Below are positions 7,718 to 15,764 of a stretch of DNA of 32,000 nt, piece by piece. This DNA comes from Kiritimatiella glycovorans (GTDB lineage: Bacteria > Verrucomicrobiota > Kiritimatiellia > Kiritimatiellales > Kiritimatiellaceae), in NCBI RefSeq assembly GCF_001017655.1, contig NZ_CP010904.1:30001-62000 (forward strand), given 5' to 3'. The notes beneath the pieces are model-generated. The model did not search any database and was not told where the DNA came from. It saw only the letters and a list, made by a program, of their open reading frames with translations. The position numbers were made by a program, and so were the translations under genes. Each line of letters starts with the position of its first letter. The stretch's first letter is position 1.

Positions 7718-8896
7718 ATGCCTGAACGGAACGTCTATCTGGACCACAACGCCACCACGCCGCTGCATCCCGAGGTGAAGCGGAGCATGAACGAGGCGAT
7801 GGACCTCTACGGGAATCCCTCGAGCATGCACGCCGCCGGGCGCGAGGCGCGCGCGCGGGTCGAGGCCGTCCGTGAGGACCTCGCCGCGTTCCTGAACGCC
7901 TCGGCGGACGAAGTCATCTTCGCCGGAAGCGGATCGGAGGCCAATAACACCGTCCTGAATCTCTTCACCTGCAACACCGAATGCCCGCGCAAGGGACTGG
8001 AAGGCCGCGACGAAATCCTGGTGGCTTCGATCGAGCACCCCTGCGTACTGGAGACCTCCAAATGTCTGCGCGCGCGCGGACTCACGGTGCACGAAATCCC
8101 GGTGGACGGGACCGGTAAGGTGGACATGGACGCCCTCGGCGCACGGATTTCGGAGCGGACGATGCTCGTCTCGGTCATGACCGCGAACAACGAGATCGGA
8201 ACCATTCAGGACATTCGCCCGATCGCCGATCTCGTACACCGTCACGGCGCGTATCTGCACACCGACGCCGTGCAGGCGGTCGGCAAAATCCCGGTCGATG
8301 TGCGGGACCTCGACGCGGATTTTCTGACCCTTTCCGCGCACAAGATGTACGGCCCGAAGGGCGTGGGGGCGCTCTACGTGAAGAAGGGCGTCCCGTTCTG
8401 CCCGTTCATACGCGGCGGGCACCAGGAGCGGGGACGGCGGGCCGGAACCGAGAACACGCTCGGGATCATCGGCATGGGCCGGGCGGTGGAGCTGCGGCGG
8501 CGGGAGATGGACGCGGAGGCCGGGCGGCTGCGCGCGCTGCGGGCGCGGCTGCGCGCCGGGATCGAGGCCCATATCCCCGATCCGCGCTTCAACGGCCACC
8601 CGGAAGACAGGCTGCCGGGCACCATGAACGTGTCCTTTCCGGGGACCGAAGGCGAAGCCCTGCTGCTCTACCTCGATTTCGAAGGCATCATGGTCTCGAC
8701 CGGGTCCGCCTGCTCCTCCGGTTCACTCGACCCCTCGCACGTGCTCCTCGCGGCCGGGCTGCCCGCCGAAGCCGCGCACGGGTCGCTGCGCATCAGCCTC
8801 GGGCGCGACACGTCCGAAGAGGATATCGATTACGTCATTGAAAAACTGACCGCCGTCGTCGCGCGGGTGCGCGCGATGTCGACGGTGTACAACTGA
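7718..8896 (+). CDS. nifS: Cysteine desulfurase (NifS/IscS class)
   Basis: Starts MPERNVYLDHNATTPLHPEV at in-frame ATG 7718 after ACGGAGGA. PLP-lysine motif SAHKMYGPKGVGALY and active-site loop STGSACSSGS are present. Confidence 0.9.
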   Translation: MPERNVYLDHNATTPLHPEVKRSMNEAMDLYGNPSSMHAAGREARARVEAVREDLAAFLNASADEVIFAGSGSEANNTVLNLFTCNTECPRKGLEGRDEILVASIEHPCVLETSKCLRARGLTVHEIPVDGTGKVDMDALGARISERTMLVSVMTANNEIGTIQDIRPIADLVHRHGAYLHTDAVQAVGKIPVDVRDLDADFLTLSAHKMYGPKGVGALYVKKGVPFCPFIRGGHQERGRRAGTENTLGIIGMGRAVELRRREMDAEAGRLRALRARLRAGIEAHIPDPRFNGHPEDRLPGTMNVSFPGTEGEALLLYLDFEGIMVSTGSACSSGSLDPSHVLLAAGLPAEAAHGSLRISLGRDTSEEDIDYVIEKLTAVVARVRAMSTVYN

Positions 8897-8910
8897 ACGG
8901 GAGCCGCGCG

Positions 8911-9510
8911 ATGGACTGGGTCTACAACGATACGGTCAAAGATCATTTCATGAACCCGCGCAACGTGCTCATGGACGAGGACGGATTCGGGGAGGACGGC
9001 CGCGGCCTGACCGGCAACGTCAAGTGCGGCGACCAGATGCTGATGCTGATCAAGGTCGATCCGGACGAAGAACGGATCACGGACTGCCGCTGGAAGACCT
9101 ACGGCTGCGCCAGCGCGATTGCGAGCACGTCGATCCTGTCGGAAGTCGTCAAGGGCCTGACGCTCGACGAGGCGTTCAACCTTACCCCGAAGGACATCAC
9201 CGCCCGGCTCGGCGGCCTGCCCGAACACAAGATCCACTGCTCCGTGCTCGGCGACAAGGCGCTGCGCGCGGCGGTCAACGACTACTATCAGCGCACCGGC
9301 CGCCCGGAGAAGGTCCGCGAGGACAAGGCGAAGCTGGTCTGCCAGTGCATGGCGGTGACCGACCACGAGATCGAGGATGCCGTGCTCGAGGGCGTGCGCG
9401 ATTACCAGGCGCTCCAGGAACACACCAAGCTGGGCACCGTATGCGGCCAGTGCCGCGGGGAAGCCGAAAAGCTGATGGGTGCATGCATCGGGAAGCACTT
9501 CGACCACTAA
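8911..9510 (+). CDS. nifU: Fe-S scaffold protein, NifU N-terminal (IscU-like) domain plus BFD-like [2Fe-2S] domain
   Basis: Scaffold cysteines in VKCGDQM, KTYGCASAIAS and HCSVLG. BFD-like CQCMAVTDHEIEDAV...GTVCGQC follows. No C-terminal Nfu domain. Confidence 0.88.
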   Translation: MDWVYNDTVKDHFMNPRNVLMDEDGFGEDGRGLTGNVKCGDQMLMLIKVDPDEERITDCRWKTYGCASAIASTSILSEVVKGLTLDEAFNLTPKDITARLGGLPEHKIHCSVLGDKALRAAVNDYYQRTGRPEKVREDKAKLVCQCMAVTDHEIEDAVLEGVRDYQALQEHTKLGTVCGQCRGEAEKLMGACIGKHFDH

Positions 9511-9512
9511 GG

Positions 9513-9535
9513 CCACAAAAGCGGCCCCTTTGTGG
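9513..9535 (+). terminator. nifU terminator hairpin, separated from its original downstream T tract by repeat copy B
   Basis: CCACAAA-agcggcccc-TTTGTGG lies 2 nt after the nifU stop. Its 3' arm is duplicated at 10047-10057, where the original downstream sequence ccccgattcagttttttc continues. Confidence 0.45.
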
Positions 9536-10045
9536 TTCTACGTAATTTTTTGTGGTGAGGCGACGGGAAATCCGCTCGCGTCCCGTCGTACTCGTACTCA
9601 GCGAAGCGGTACTCGTACTCGAATTCCTTGAATCGGGGGATGGGATCGCGCCTTCGGCGCTCCGAGTACGAGTACGAATTATGTTCACCCCCCCCTCAAC
9701 CAACCTTCATGGCCTTCATGTGAAGGTAGGGATTCTGCCGGACAGCAGAAGGCCGTCCGCAAAAGAGCGGCGCGCTTAGCCTGTCCGCCGAAGGCATAAA
9801 GGGCCGAAGGCGGAGAGATCGCGCCCTACCCGGAAATCGCAAAGATGAATGAGAAGAGCACAGGCAAAGAAATGGTGCGTTCTCTCTTACGTTCGTAGTA
9901 GGCCCGCAGGCCTGCGAAGCAGGGCCAGGGCCGTGATCTTCACGCGCCTGGTCTGCGGGGCAGGCTTACGGCGCTACTACGAACGTTTGTCGTCTCCCAT
10001 CCCGCCTCTTCCCCGAACGGCTCCACCACAAAAATCTGCGAAGAA
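9536..10045 (-). mobile_element. MITE-like non-coding repeat element, full copy B (about 510 bp)
   Basis: Reverse complement aligns with copy A end to end. Termini TTCTACGTAATTTTTTGTGGTGAGG ... CTCCACCACAAAAATCTGCGAAGAA are inverted repeats. Perfect direct duplication CCCCTTTGTGG at 9525-9535 and 10047-10057. Confidence 0.78.
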
Positions 10046-10135
10046 CCCCCTTTGTGGCCCCGATTCAGTTTTTTCTTTATGGCCCCGGCGTCCCCCAGCC
10101 GTTAATGTGGCCCATTGAGGCGGGGGGTGGAACTT

Positions 10136-11218
10136 ATGAGCAGCACATTCGGGACGGTATTCAGGACGACGACATTCGGGGAATCGCACGGACTCGCCGT
10201 AGGCGCGGTTATCGACGGTTGTCCGCCCGGGCTCGCCCTCTCCGAGGCTGACATCCAGCCCCAGCTCACGCGGCGCCGGCCGGGTCAGAGCGCGCTGACC
10301 ACTCCGCGCGACGAGCAGGACCGCGTGCGGATACTCTCCGGCGTGGAGGCGGGGATGACGCTCGGCACGCCGATTGCGCTGGAGGTGATGAATGAGGCCC
10401 AGCGCCCCGGCGATTACCGCGAGCTGCAGTCCGTGCCCCGTCCCTCGCACGCCGATTACACCTACCGGATGAAGTACGGCGTCGCCGCCCGCAGCGGCGG
10501 GGGGCGGGCCAGTGCGCGCGAGACGATCGGCCGTGTGGCCGCCGGGGCCGTGGCGGAAAAGATGCTGCGGGACCGCCGGGGCACGGAGATCGTGGCGTTC
10601 GTAAGCGCAGTCGCCGACGTCGAACTCGAGGGCGAACCGCCCGCCGATCTCTCGCGGGATCGGGTGGATGCCACGCCCGTGCGCTGTCCCGACGCCGGGA
10701 CCGCGGAGCGGATGCGGGAGCGCATCGAGGCGGCAAAGGCCGACGGGGATTCCGTCGGCGGGATCGTCACCTGCGTCTGCCGCGGAATTCAGGCGGGCTG
10801 GGGCGAGCCGATTTTTGACAAGCTCACCGCCATGCTCGGACGCGCCATGCTGTCGATCCCCGCCACGAAGGGAATCGAGATCGGTTCCGGGTTTGCCGGG
10901 ACGCGGATGCGCGGGTCGGAACACAACGACCCGTTCGTCGCCCGCGGCGGGTGCGGACTCGGCACCGCCACCAACCGCAGCGGCGGCATCCAGGGCGGGA
11001 TCAGCAACGGCGAGCCGATCGTATTCCGGGTTGCGTTCAAACCCACCGCCACCATCGGCCGCGCGCAGCACACCGTGGACTACGAGGGAAACGAGGTGGA
11101 GCTGGCCGCGCGGGGGCGCCACGATCCGTGCATCCTGCCGCGCGCCGTCCCGGTGGTCGAAGCGATGGCCGCGCTCGTGCTGGCCGACCTGGCCCTCAGA
11201 CAGGCCGCTCGCGGATAG
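10136..11218 (+). CDS. aroC: Chorismate synthase
   Basis: [28 protein letters not shown] and [18 protein letters not shown]. Start at in-frame ATG 10136. Confidence 0.93.
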   Translation: MSSTFGTVFRTTTFGESHGLAVGAVIDGCPPGLALSEADIQPQLTRRRPGQSALTTPRDEQDRVRILSGVEAGMTLGTPIALEVMNEAQRPGDYRELQSVPRPSHADYTYRMKYGVAARSGGGRASARETIGRVAAGAVAEKMLRDRRGTEIVAFVSAVADVELEGEPPADLSRDRVDATPVRCPDAGTAERMRERIEAAKADGDSVGGIVTCVCRGIQAGWGEPIFDKLTAMLGRAMLSIPATKGIEIGSGFAGTRMRGSEHNDPFVARGGCGLGTATNRSGGIQGGISNGEPIVFRVAFKPTATIGRAQHTVDYEGNEVELAARGRHDPCILPRAVPVVEAMAALVLADLALRQAARG

Positions 11219-11232
11219 TCGCGGGACGCCCC

Positions 11233-11532
11233 CTATTCCTCCCCGTCTTCAAGCTCGCGCATGATCCGGTCCGCCGGGGTTTCGAGCTTCTTGTCGCGGT
11301 TGCATTCGGGGCAGGCGGGCACCACGTTGCCCTTCGTGCTCTTCCCGCCGCGGGCGACGGGGACGACGTGGTCCATTGTCAGGCGGCCGGGAGTCAGGGT
11401 CTTTCCGCAGTAATGGCAGCGGCCCTCCGCAATGCGGTTCTTCCACCACGACGTGCGGCGGAGTTCGCGGGCACGTTTGCGCTCGCGGCGCATGTGCTCC
11501 TCGTCGGCGTTGATGTCGAACCAGTCGTCCAT
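11233..11532 (-). CDS. Small HNH endonuclease
   Basis: CHYCGKTLTPGRLTMDHVVPVARGGKSTKGNVVPACPECNRDK is an HNH/zinc-finger core in a 99-aa protein. Confidence 0.85.
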   Translation of the reverse strand: MDDWFDINADEEHMRRERKRARELRRTSWWKNRIAEGRCHYCGKTLTPGRLTMDHVVPVARGGKSTKGNVVPACPECNRDKKLETPADRIMRELEDGEE

Positions 11533-11553
11533 AGGCAGACAGGCCGTCCGGCG

Positions 11554-11967
11554 TTACTTCTTTTTCTTTTCGACCGTGACCTGCTTGTCGGTCATGAATT
11601 TCCCGTACAGGTCGTTGAATGCCATGAGTTCGCGGATTTTCGCCTCCAGATCCCTCTGCTCCTGCTTCGCGGAGGTCTGGTGCTTCATCAGGTACTGCGC
11701 GAAGCGCTCCTGCACGAATATCGGGTCATGGCGGCCTTCGTTCTGGTACCACACGAGACAGTTGTAGATGAACTGGGCGGCTTCATATTTCTCCGACCCG
11801 TGCTGATGATTGAAGAAGTCGCTCCACATCGAGCGGTAGATCTTCACCAGGTCGGTCTGGACATCCTTGAGGTCCATATTCGAGTCGATCAGGTATTCGC
11901 GTTCCGCGGCCGGGCAGGCCGCGGCGGCCGTCAACGCGGCGGCGATCAGGAAGGCTTTCATCTTCAT
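11554..11967 (-). CDS. Hypothetical secreted protein or lipoprotein (137 aa)
   Basis: C-terminal part of track ORF 11554..12348. Start at ATG 11967, 6 nt after AGGAGA. Signal peptide MKMKAFLIAAALTAAAAC, with a possible lipobox Cys. Lys-rich tail VTVEKKKK. Visibly less GC-rich than neighbours. No family recognised. Confidence 0.55.
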   Translation of the reverse strand: MKMKAFLIAAALTAAAACPAAEREYLIDSNMDLKDVQTDLVKIYRSMWSDFFNHQHGSEKYEAAQFIYNCLVWYQNEGRHDPIFVQERFAQYLMKHQTSAKQEQRDLEAKIRELMAFNDLYGKFMTDKQVTVEKKKK

Positions 11968-12028
11968 CGGCGTTCTCCTCATTCGGCGCTGGACGCGCGT
12001 CCGTGGTGGGCGTCTATAATAAAGGGCT

Positions 12029-13378
12029 ATGAAAACATCCCGCACCCCGCCGGACAATGGAAAAGAGTCGCCCCCGATCGTGAAGTGGCGGCCGGGCCGT
12101 ACTTCCGCCGCGGTCCGCGCCTTTCTCGAACGGCCGCCCGTGGACCGCGAGATCGAGGACCGCGCCCGTGCGGTGCTCGACGACATTCGCCGCCGCGGCG
12201 ACGAAGCCGTGCTGGAGTACGCTGAACGATTCGACGGTGCCGCGCTCACCTCCCGCCGGCTGCGCGTCCCCGCGCGCAGCGTCAGGGCGGCGGCGAAGCG
12301 CGTGGACGCCGACTTCAGACGCGCGGCGCGCGAGGCGTCCGCGCGCATCCGCCGTTACGCCGAGGCCGGCATGCACGGAGACTGGTCGGTGCCGACGCCC
12401 GGCGGCGGAGAGCTGGGCGAGCGCTGGGAGCCGCTCGACCGGGTCGGCGTCTATATTCCCGGCGGCGAGGCCCCGCTGGCGTCCACGGCGCTGATGACCG
12501 TCTGCCTGGCGAAGGCGGCGGGGGTTGCGGAGATCGTCGCCTGCACGCCCCCGGACGAAAAGGGGCAGATCAATCCGTATGTGCTCTACGCCCTGGATCT
12601 GGCGGGCGCCACGGAGATTTACCGCCTCGGCGGCATCCAGGCGATCGGGGCCATGGCCTTCGGTACGGCGACCGTGCCCCGGGTGCGGATGATCGCCGGC
12701 CCGGGCGGACCCTACGTCACCGCCGCCAAGCGACTCGTCTACGGCGAGGTCGCCCTGGACATGGTGGCCGGGCCGAGCGAGATCGCGGTGCTGGCCGACG
12801 ACTCGGCGCGGCCGGCGGAGGTGGCCGCCGACCTGCTCTCGCAGGCCGAACACGGCACCGGGTCGGAAAAGACCCTGCTCGCGACCCCCTCGCATGAACT
12901 CGCGGCCGGGGTGCGCCGGGAGCTGCGGCGGCAGGTCGGCGGCCTCGCCCATCGCCGCGCGGCGGAGACGGTGCTGGAGCGCGGCACGCTGCTGGCGGTG
13001 ACCCCCGATCTGGATGCGGGCGCGGAGCTGTGCAACCAGTTCGCTCCCGAGCACATGGAGCTGATGGTCCGGCGGCCGGAACGATGGGCGAAGAAGATTA
13101 CCCGGGCCGGCGCGCTGTTCGTGGGCAGGTGGACCCCGGAGAGCGTCGGGGACTTCGCCGCGGGCCCGAGCCACGTGCTGCCGACGGGCGGGACGGCTGC
13201 CTTTTTCAGCGGGCTGACCGTCGACGATTTTCGCCGCCGCATCAGTGTCGTGCGCTACAGCGAGCAGGATTTGAGGGATGCGCTGCCGATCACGGACGCC
13301 TTCGGGCGGGTGGAGACGCTCGACGGCCACGCCCGTTCCGCGCGAAGCCGTTTCCCGAGGGGGGAGGAGGAGCGATGA
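12029..13378 (+). CDS. hisD: Histidinol dehydrogenase
   Basis: RRRGDEAVLEYAERFDG, GGIQAIGAMAFGT, SQAEHG and APEHMEL motifs in 449 aa. Confidence 0.93.
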   Translation: MKTSRTPPDNGKESPPIVKWRPGRTSAAVRAFLERPPVDREIEDRARAVLDDIRRRGDEAVLEYAERFDGAALTSRRLRVPARSVRAAAKRVDADFRRAAREASARIRRYAEAGMHGDWSVPTPGGGELGERWEPLDRVGVYIPGGEAPLASTALMTVCLAKAAGVAEIVACTPPDEKGQINPYVLYALDLAGATEIYRLGGIQAIGAMAFGTATVPRVRMIAGPGGPYVTAAKRLVYGEVALDMVAGPSEIAVLADDSARPAEVAADLLSQAEHGTGSEKTLLATPSHELAAGVRRELRRQVGGLAHRRAAETVLERGTLLAVTPDLDAGAELCNQFAPEHMELMVRRPERWAKKITRAGALFVGRWTPESVGDFAAGPSHVLPTGGTAAFFSGLTVDDFRRRISVVRYSEQDLRDALPITDAFGRVETLDGHARSARSRFPRGEEER

Positions 13379-14421
13379 ACCCTTCTTTGCTGAGACGCGC
13401 GGTGCGCGAAATGGAGGCGTACGTTCCGGGCGAACAGCCGGCGGACACCGGCATCATCAAGCTCAACACCAACGAAAACCCCTACCCGCCCTCTCCCGGC
13501 GTAAGCAGGGTGCTCGCCTCGTTCGATCCGCAGCGGCTGCGGAAGTATCCCGACCCCGGATGCGCCCCGCTCCGCACGCTCATCGCGCAGCGCACCGGAT
13601 TCCGGGACGACGAAATCCTGATCGGCAACGGTTCCGACGAAATCCTGGCCCTGGCGATGCGCGTCTTCGTCGAGCGCGGCGGGGCGGCGGGTTGGTTCGA
13701 CCCCTCCTACTCGCTCTACCCCGTCCTCGCGGATATCGAAGAAATACGGCACCGACCGACCGCACTGGACGAGGATTTCGGCTGGAACGATCCGGACACG
13801 GAAGGCCTGGACCTGTTTCTGCTGACCCATCCGAACGCGCCTACGGGTATGCTCTACGAACAGGAAGCCATAGCGGATCTGGCGCGGCGGTTCGACGGCG
13901 TGCTCCTGATCGATGAGGCCTACGCGGACTTCGCGCCCCGTAACTGCCTCGATATGGCGCGGGAATTCGGGAACGTGCTCGTCGCCCGCTCGTTCTCGAA
14001 ATCGTATTCGCTGGCCGGGCTGCGGGTGGGCTATGCCGTCGGCTCGCGGGAGCTGATCGGCGCCATGGGCAAAATCCGCGACTCGTACAATGTGGACATG
14101 CTGGCGCAGGAGATCGCCTGTGCGGCGTTCGCGGACGACGACCACATGCGGCGCAATACGGACCGGATTCTGGCGACGCGTGAGCGCATCGCCGAGGCGC
14201 TTCGGGAGCGGGGATGGACGCTTCCGGATTCGGCGGGGAATTTCCTGTGGGCGCGGCCGCCGGGCTCCGCGGCGGAATGGTTCGAGGCGCTGCGCGCGCG
14301 CGGGATTCTGGTGCGTTATTTCGATGCCCCGCGCACCCGGAGGCATCTGCGGATCACGGTCGGCACGGATGAAGAGATGGATGCTTTTCTGGACGCCGTC
14401 GACGCAGCCGGGAAAGACTGA
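13375..14421 (+). CDS. hisC: Histidinol-phosphate aminotransferase
   Basis: Starts MNPSLLRRAVREMEAYVPGEQP at ATG 13375, overlapping the hisD stop (ATGA). KLNTNENPYPPSP and the PLP-lysine motif RSFSKSYSLAGLRVGY are present. Confidence 0.9.
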   Translation: MNPSLLRRAVREMEAYVPGEQPADTGIIKLNTNENPYPPSPGVSRVLASFDPQRLRKYPDPGCAPLRTLIAQRTGFRDDEILIGNGSDEILALAMRVFVERGGAAGWFDPSYSLYPVLADIEEIRHRPTALDEDFGWNDPDTEGLDLFLLTHPNAPTGMLYEQEAIADLARRFDGVLLIDEAYADFAPRNCLDMAREFGNVLVARSFSKSYSLAGLRVGYAVGSRELIGAMGKIRDSYNVDMLAQEIACAAFADDDHMRRNTDRILATRERIAEALRERGWTLPDSAGNFLWARPPGSAAEWFEALRARGILVRYFDAPRTRRHLRITVGTDEEMDAFLDAVDAAGKD

Positions 14422-14443
14422 TCCCCGAGGCTCATGAAGAGCT

Positions 14444-14800
14444 TCAGGATTCCCCGGCCTGCCTGCGGCGCAGTTCGTCGCTGAACAGGCGGACGCCCTC
14501 CCAGTCCTCCATCTCCAGCGCCATTTCCGCCATGCGCTTCACCGTTTCCTGTCGCAGGCCCGCCAGGGACGCCGCCTGATATGGTTCGCCGTTCTTCTCG
14601 CGCACGGCATGATTCTTCAACGTTTCTTCGGGAATCTCAAGGTAACGGGCGATCTTTGCGCGCGACGCCTCGCTGAGCCCCCGGCGCCCGGTTTCATAAT
14701 TTCCTATAGTGGAAAGCGCAACGCCCGTAGCCTCCGAGAGGTCCTTCAGCGTCAGGCCCCGGTCCCTGCGAAGATCACGAAGTGTAGAATTATTCACCAT
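14444..14800 (-). CDS. XRE-family helix-turn-helix transcriptional regulator
   Basis: LRRDRGLTLKDLSEATGVALSTIGNYETGRRGLS is a canonical Cro/CI-type HTH, followed by a roughly 55-aa C-terminal extension. Confidence 0.85.
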   Translation of the reverse strand: MVNNSTLRDLRRDRGLTLKDLSEATGVALSTIGNYETGRRGLSEASRAKIARYLEIPEETLKNHAVREKNGEPYQAASLAGLRQETVKRMAEMALEMEDWEGVRLFSDELRRRQAGES

Positions 14801-14814
14801 TCTGCATATTATTC

Positions 14815-14834
14815 TTGCGTCGCAAAGAAATTCT
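14815..14834. promoter_or_regulatory. Adjacent palindromes in the divergent XRE / Ner-like spacer (candidate operators)
   Basis: TTGCGtCGCAA (14815-14825) is followed directly by AGAAaTTCT (14826-14834), in the 74-bp AT-richer spacer between the divergent genes. Confidence 0.3.
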
Positions 14835-14874
14835 GGTAGTGTGTCCCGTGAACACAGTCGAAAAGTAGCGGATT

Positions 14875-15147
14875 ATGAATGCACCACAAGTAAAAAGGGG
14901 TTCGGTTCCGGGGGAGGAGATGCCCTCGCCCGCGGCGGTGAAGGCGTTTTTTGTGTCCCGCGGCGGCTCGCTGCGTCAGTGGGCGCTCGCCAGGGGGTAT
15001 TCGCCGTCCACGGTATTCATGGCCCTGCGCGGAGAGCGGGACGGTCCGCGTTCGAGGGATGTCCGCCGCCTTCTCCTGGAGGAGATGGGTCTCGATGGCG
15101 GAGAGGGGGAGGGGCATGGCGACACCGGTCTACGGCAGAATGAATGA
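14875..15147 (+). CDS. Small DNA-binding protein, Ner/Nlp-like HTH (tentative)
   Basis: VKAFFVSRGGSLRQWALARGYSPSTVFMALRGERDGPRSRDVRRLLLEEMG resembles the Ner/Nlp layout, in which K-R-G-x-SL-x-x-LAR-x-x-G-x-S-x-ST-x-x-x-AL is followed by a short helix. Judged from memory of Mu Ner and E. coli Nlp. The start could instead be the internal ATG (MPSPAAV...). Confidence 0.5.
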   Translation: MNAPQVKRGSVPGEEMPSPAAVKAFFVSRGGSLRQWALARGYSPSTVFMALRGERDGPRSRDVRRLLLEEMGLDGGEGEGHGDTGLRQNE

Positions 15148-15427
15148 CGAGGCCGTCCGGCGGGCGGCGCGGCGCGCGCTCAAGGCCGTGCGCGAGCTTT
15201 GCGATGCGAGGAGGCGGGCCGAGCTGGCGCGATATATTCTCGCCGAGGAAGCGGAACGGCTCCAGCGCATCGAGCGCCGGAGTGATATCGAATCGGAGGC
15301 GCTGGCACTCCATCACGATCTGGAGGCCCTGGTCCGGGATCTCGATACGGCCGTCAACCGCCTGCCCGGTTCGGCGGTGCTGCGCGGATTGGCGTCGTTC
15401 AGGGGTCCCCCGGGGGATAGACCATGA
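15116..15427 (+). CDS. Hypothetical helical or coiled-coil protein (103 aa), stop codon lies inside repeat copy C
   Basis: In-frame ATG 15116 after GGGAGGGG, inside track ORF 14951..15427. Third positions are G/C-rich. Arg/Glu-rich helical sequence RRALKAVRELCDARRRAELARYILAEEAERLQRIERR. The TGA at 15425-15427 falls in the first bases of the repeat. Confidence 0.4.
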   Translation: MATPVYGRMNDEAVRRAARRALKAVRELCDARRRAELARYILAEEAERLQRIERRSDIESEALALHHDLEALVRDLDTAVNRLPGSAVLRGLASFRGPPGDRP

Positions 15428-15657
15428 AGGGCATGAAGGTTGTTTGAGGGGGGACATAATCCGTACTCGAACTCGTACGCGTACTCGGAGCGCCGAAGGC
15501 GCGATCCCCCTCCCCCCTGTTCAAGGAACTCGAGTACGAGTACCGCTTCGCTGAGTACGAGTACGATGTAACGCGAGCGGACTTGCCGCCGCTCACCATA
15601 AAAATTTACGAAGAACTAATTATGTTCATTCCTTCATGCTCTTCATGTCCTTCATGG
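15422..15657 (+). repeat. Rearranged partial copy C of the repeat family (right-hand module with its own inverted termini)
   Basis: 15423-15616 aligns with 2104-2271 of copy A and with the reverse complement of 9535-9719 of copy B (GTACTCG-arm hairpins, ...gctcaccataaaaatttacgaagaac). Positions 15617-15657 are an inverted copy of the catgaag..gcatgaagg..acataat segment, so the unit ends CCATGAAGG...CCTTCATGG. Confidence 0.65.
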
Positions 15658-15764
15658 TGAATCCCATTCTCTCTCCCCCCTTTTGGCTTGCACAAATCTA
15701 ATACATTCAATTAAACCCATGTGAATTGCATTAGGTTTGCATTAGAGCACGGGGGGGGCGGGAA

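Noticed and set aside
9849-10118. 89-aa ORF inside repeat copy B sharing its first 21 residues (MRRAQAKKWCVLSYVRSRPAG) with ORF 1546..1977 in copy A, which could suggest an element-encoded peptide
   Set aside because: After residue 21 the two translations diverge completely, because the copies differ by indels that shift the frame. Copy D also does not preserve it. Conservation is at the nucleotide and hairpin level, not the protein level.
14433-14442. 10-mer catgaagagc, identical to a motif of the repeat element, between hisC and the XRE gene
   Set aside because: It is too short to distinguish from chance in a 32-kb window searched on both strands, and no further element sequence flanks it.
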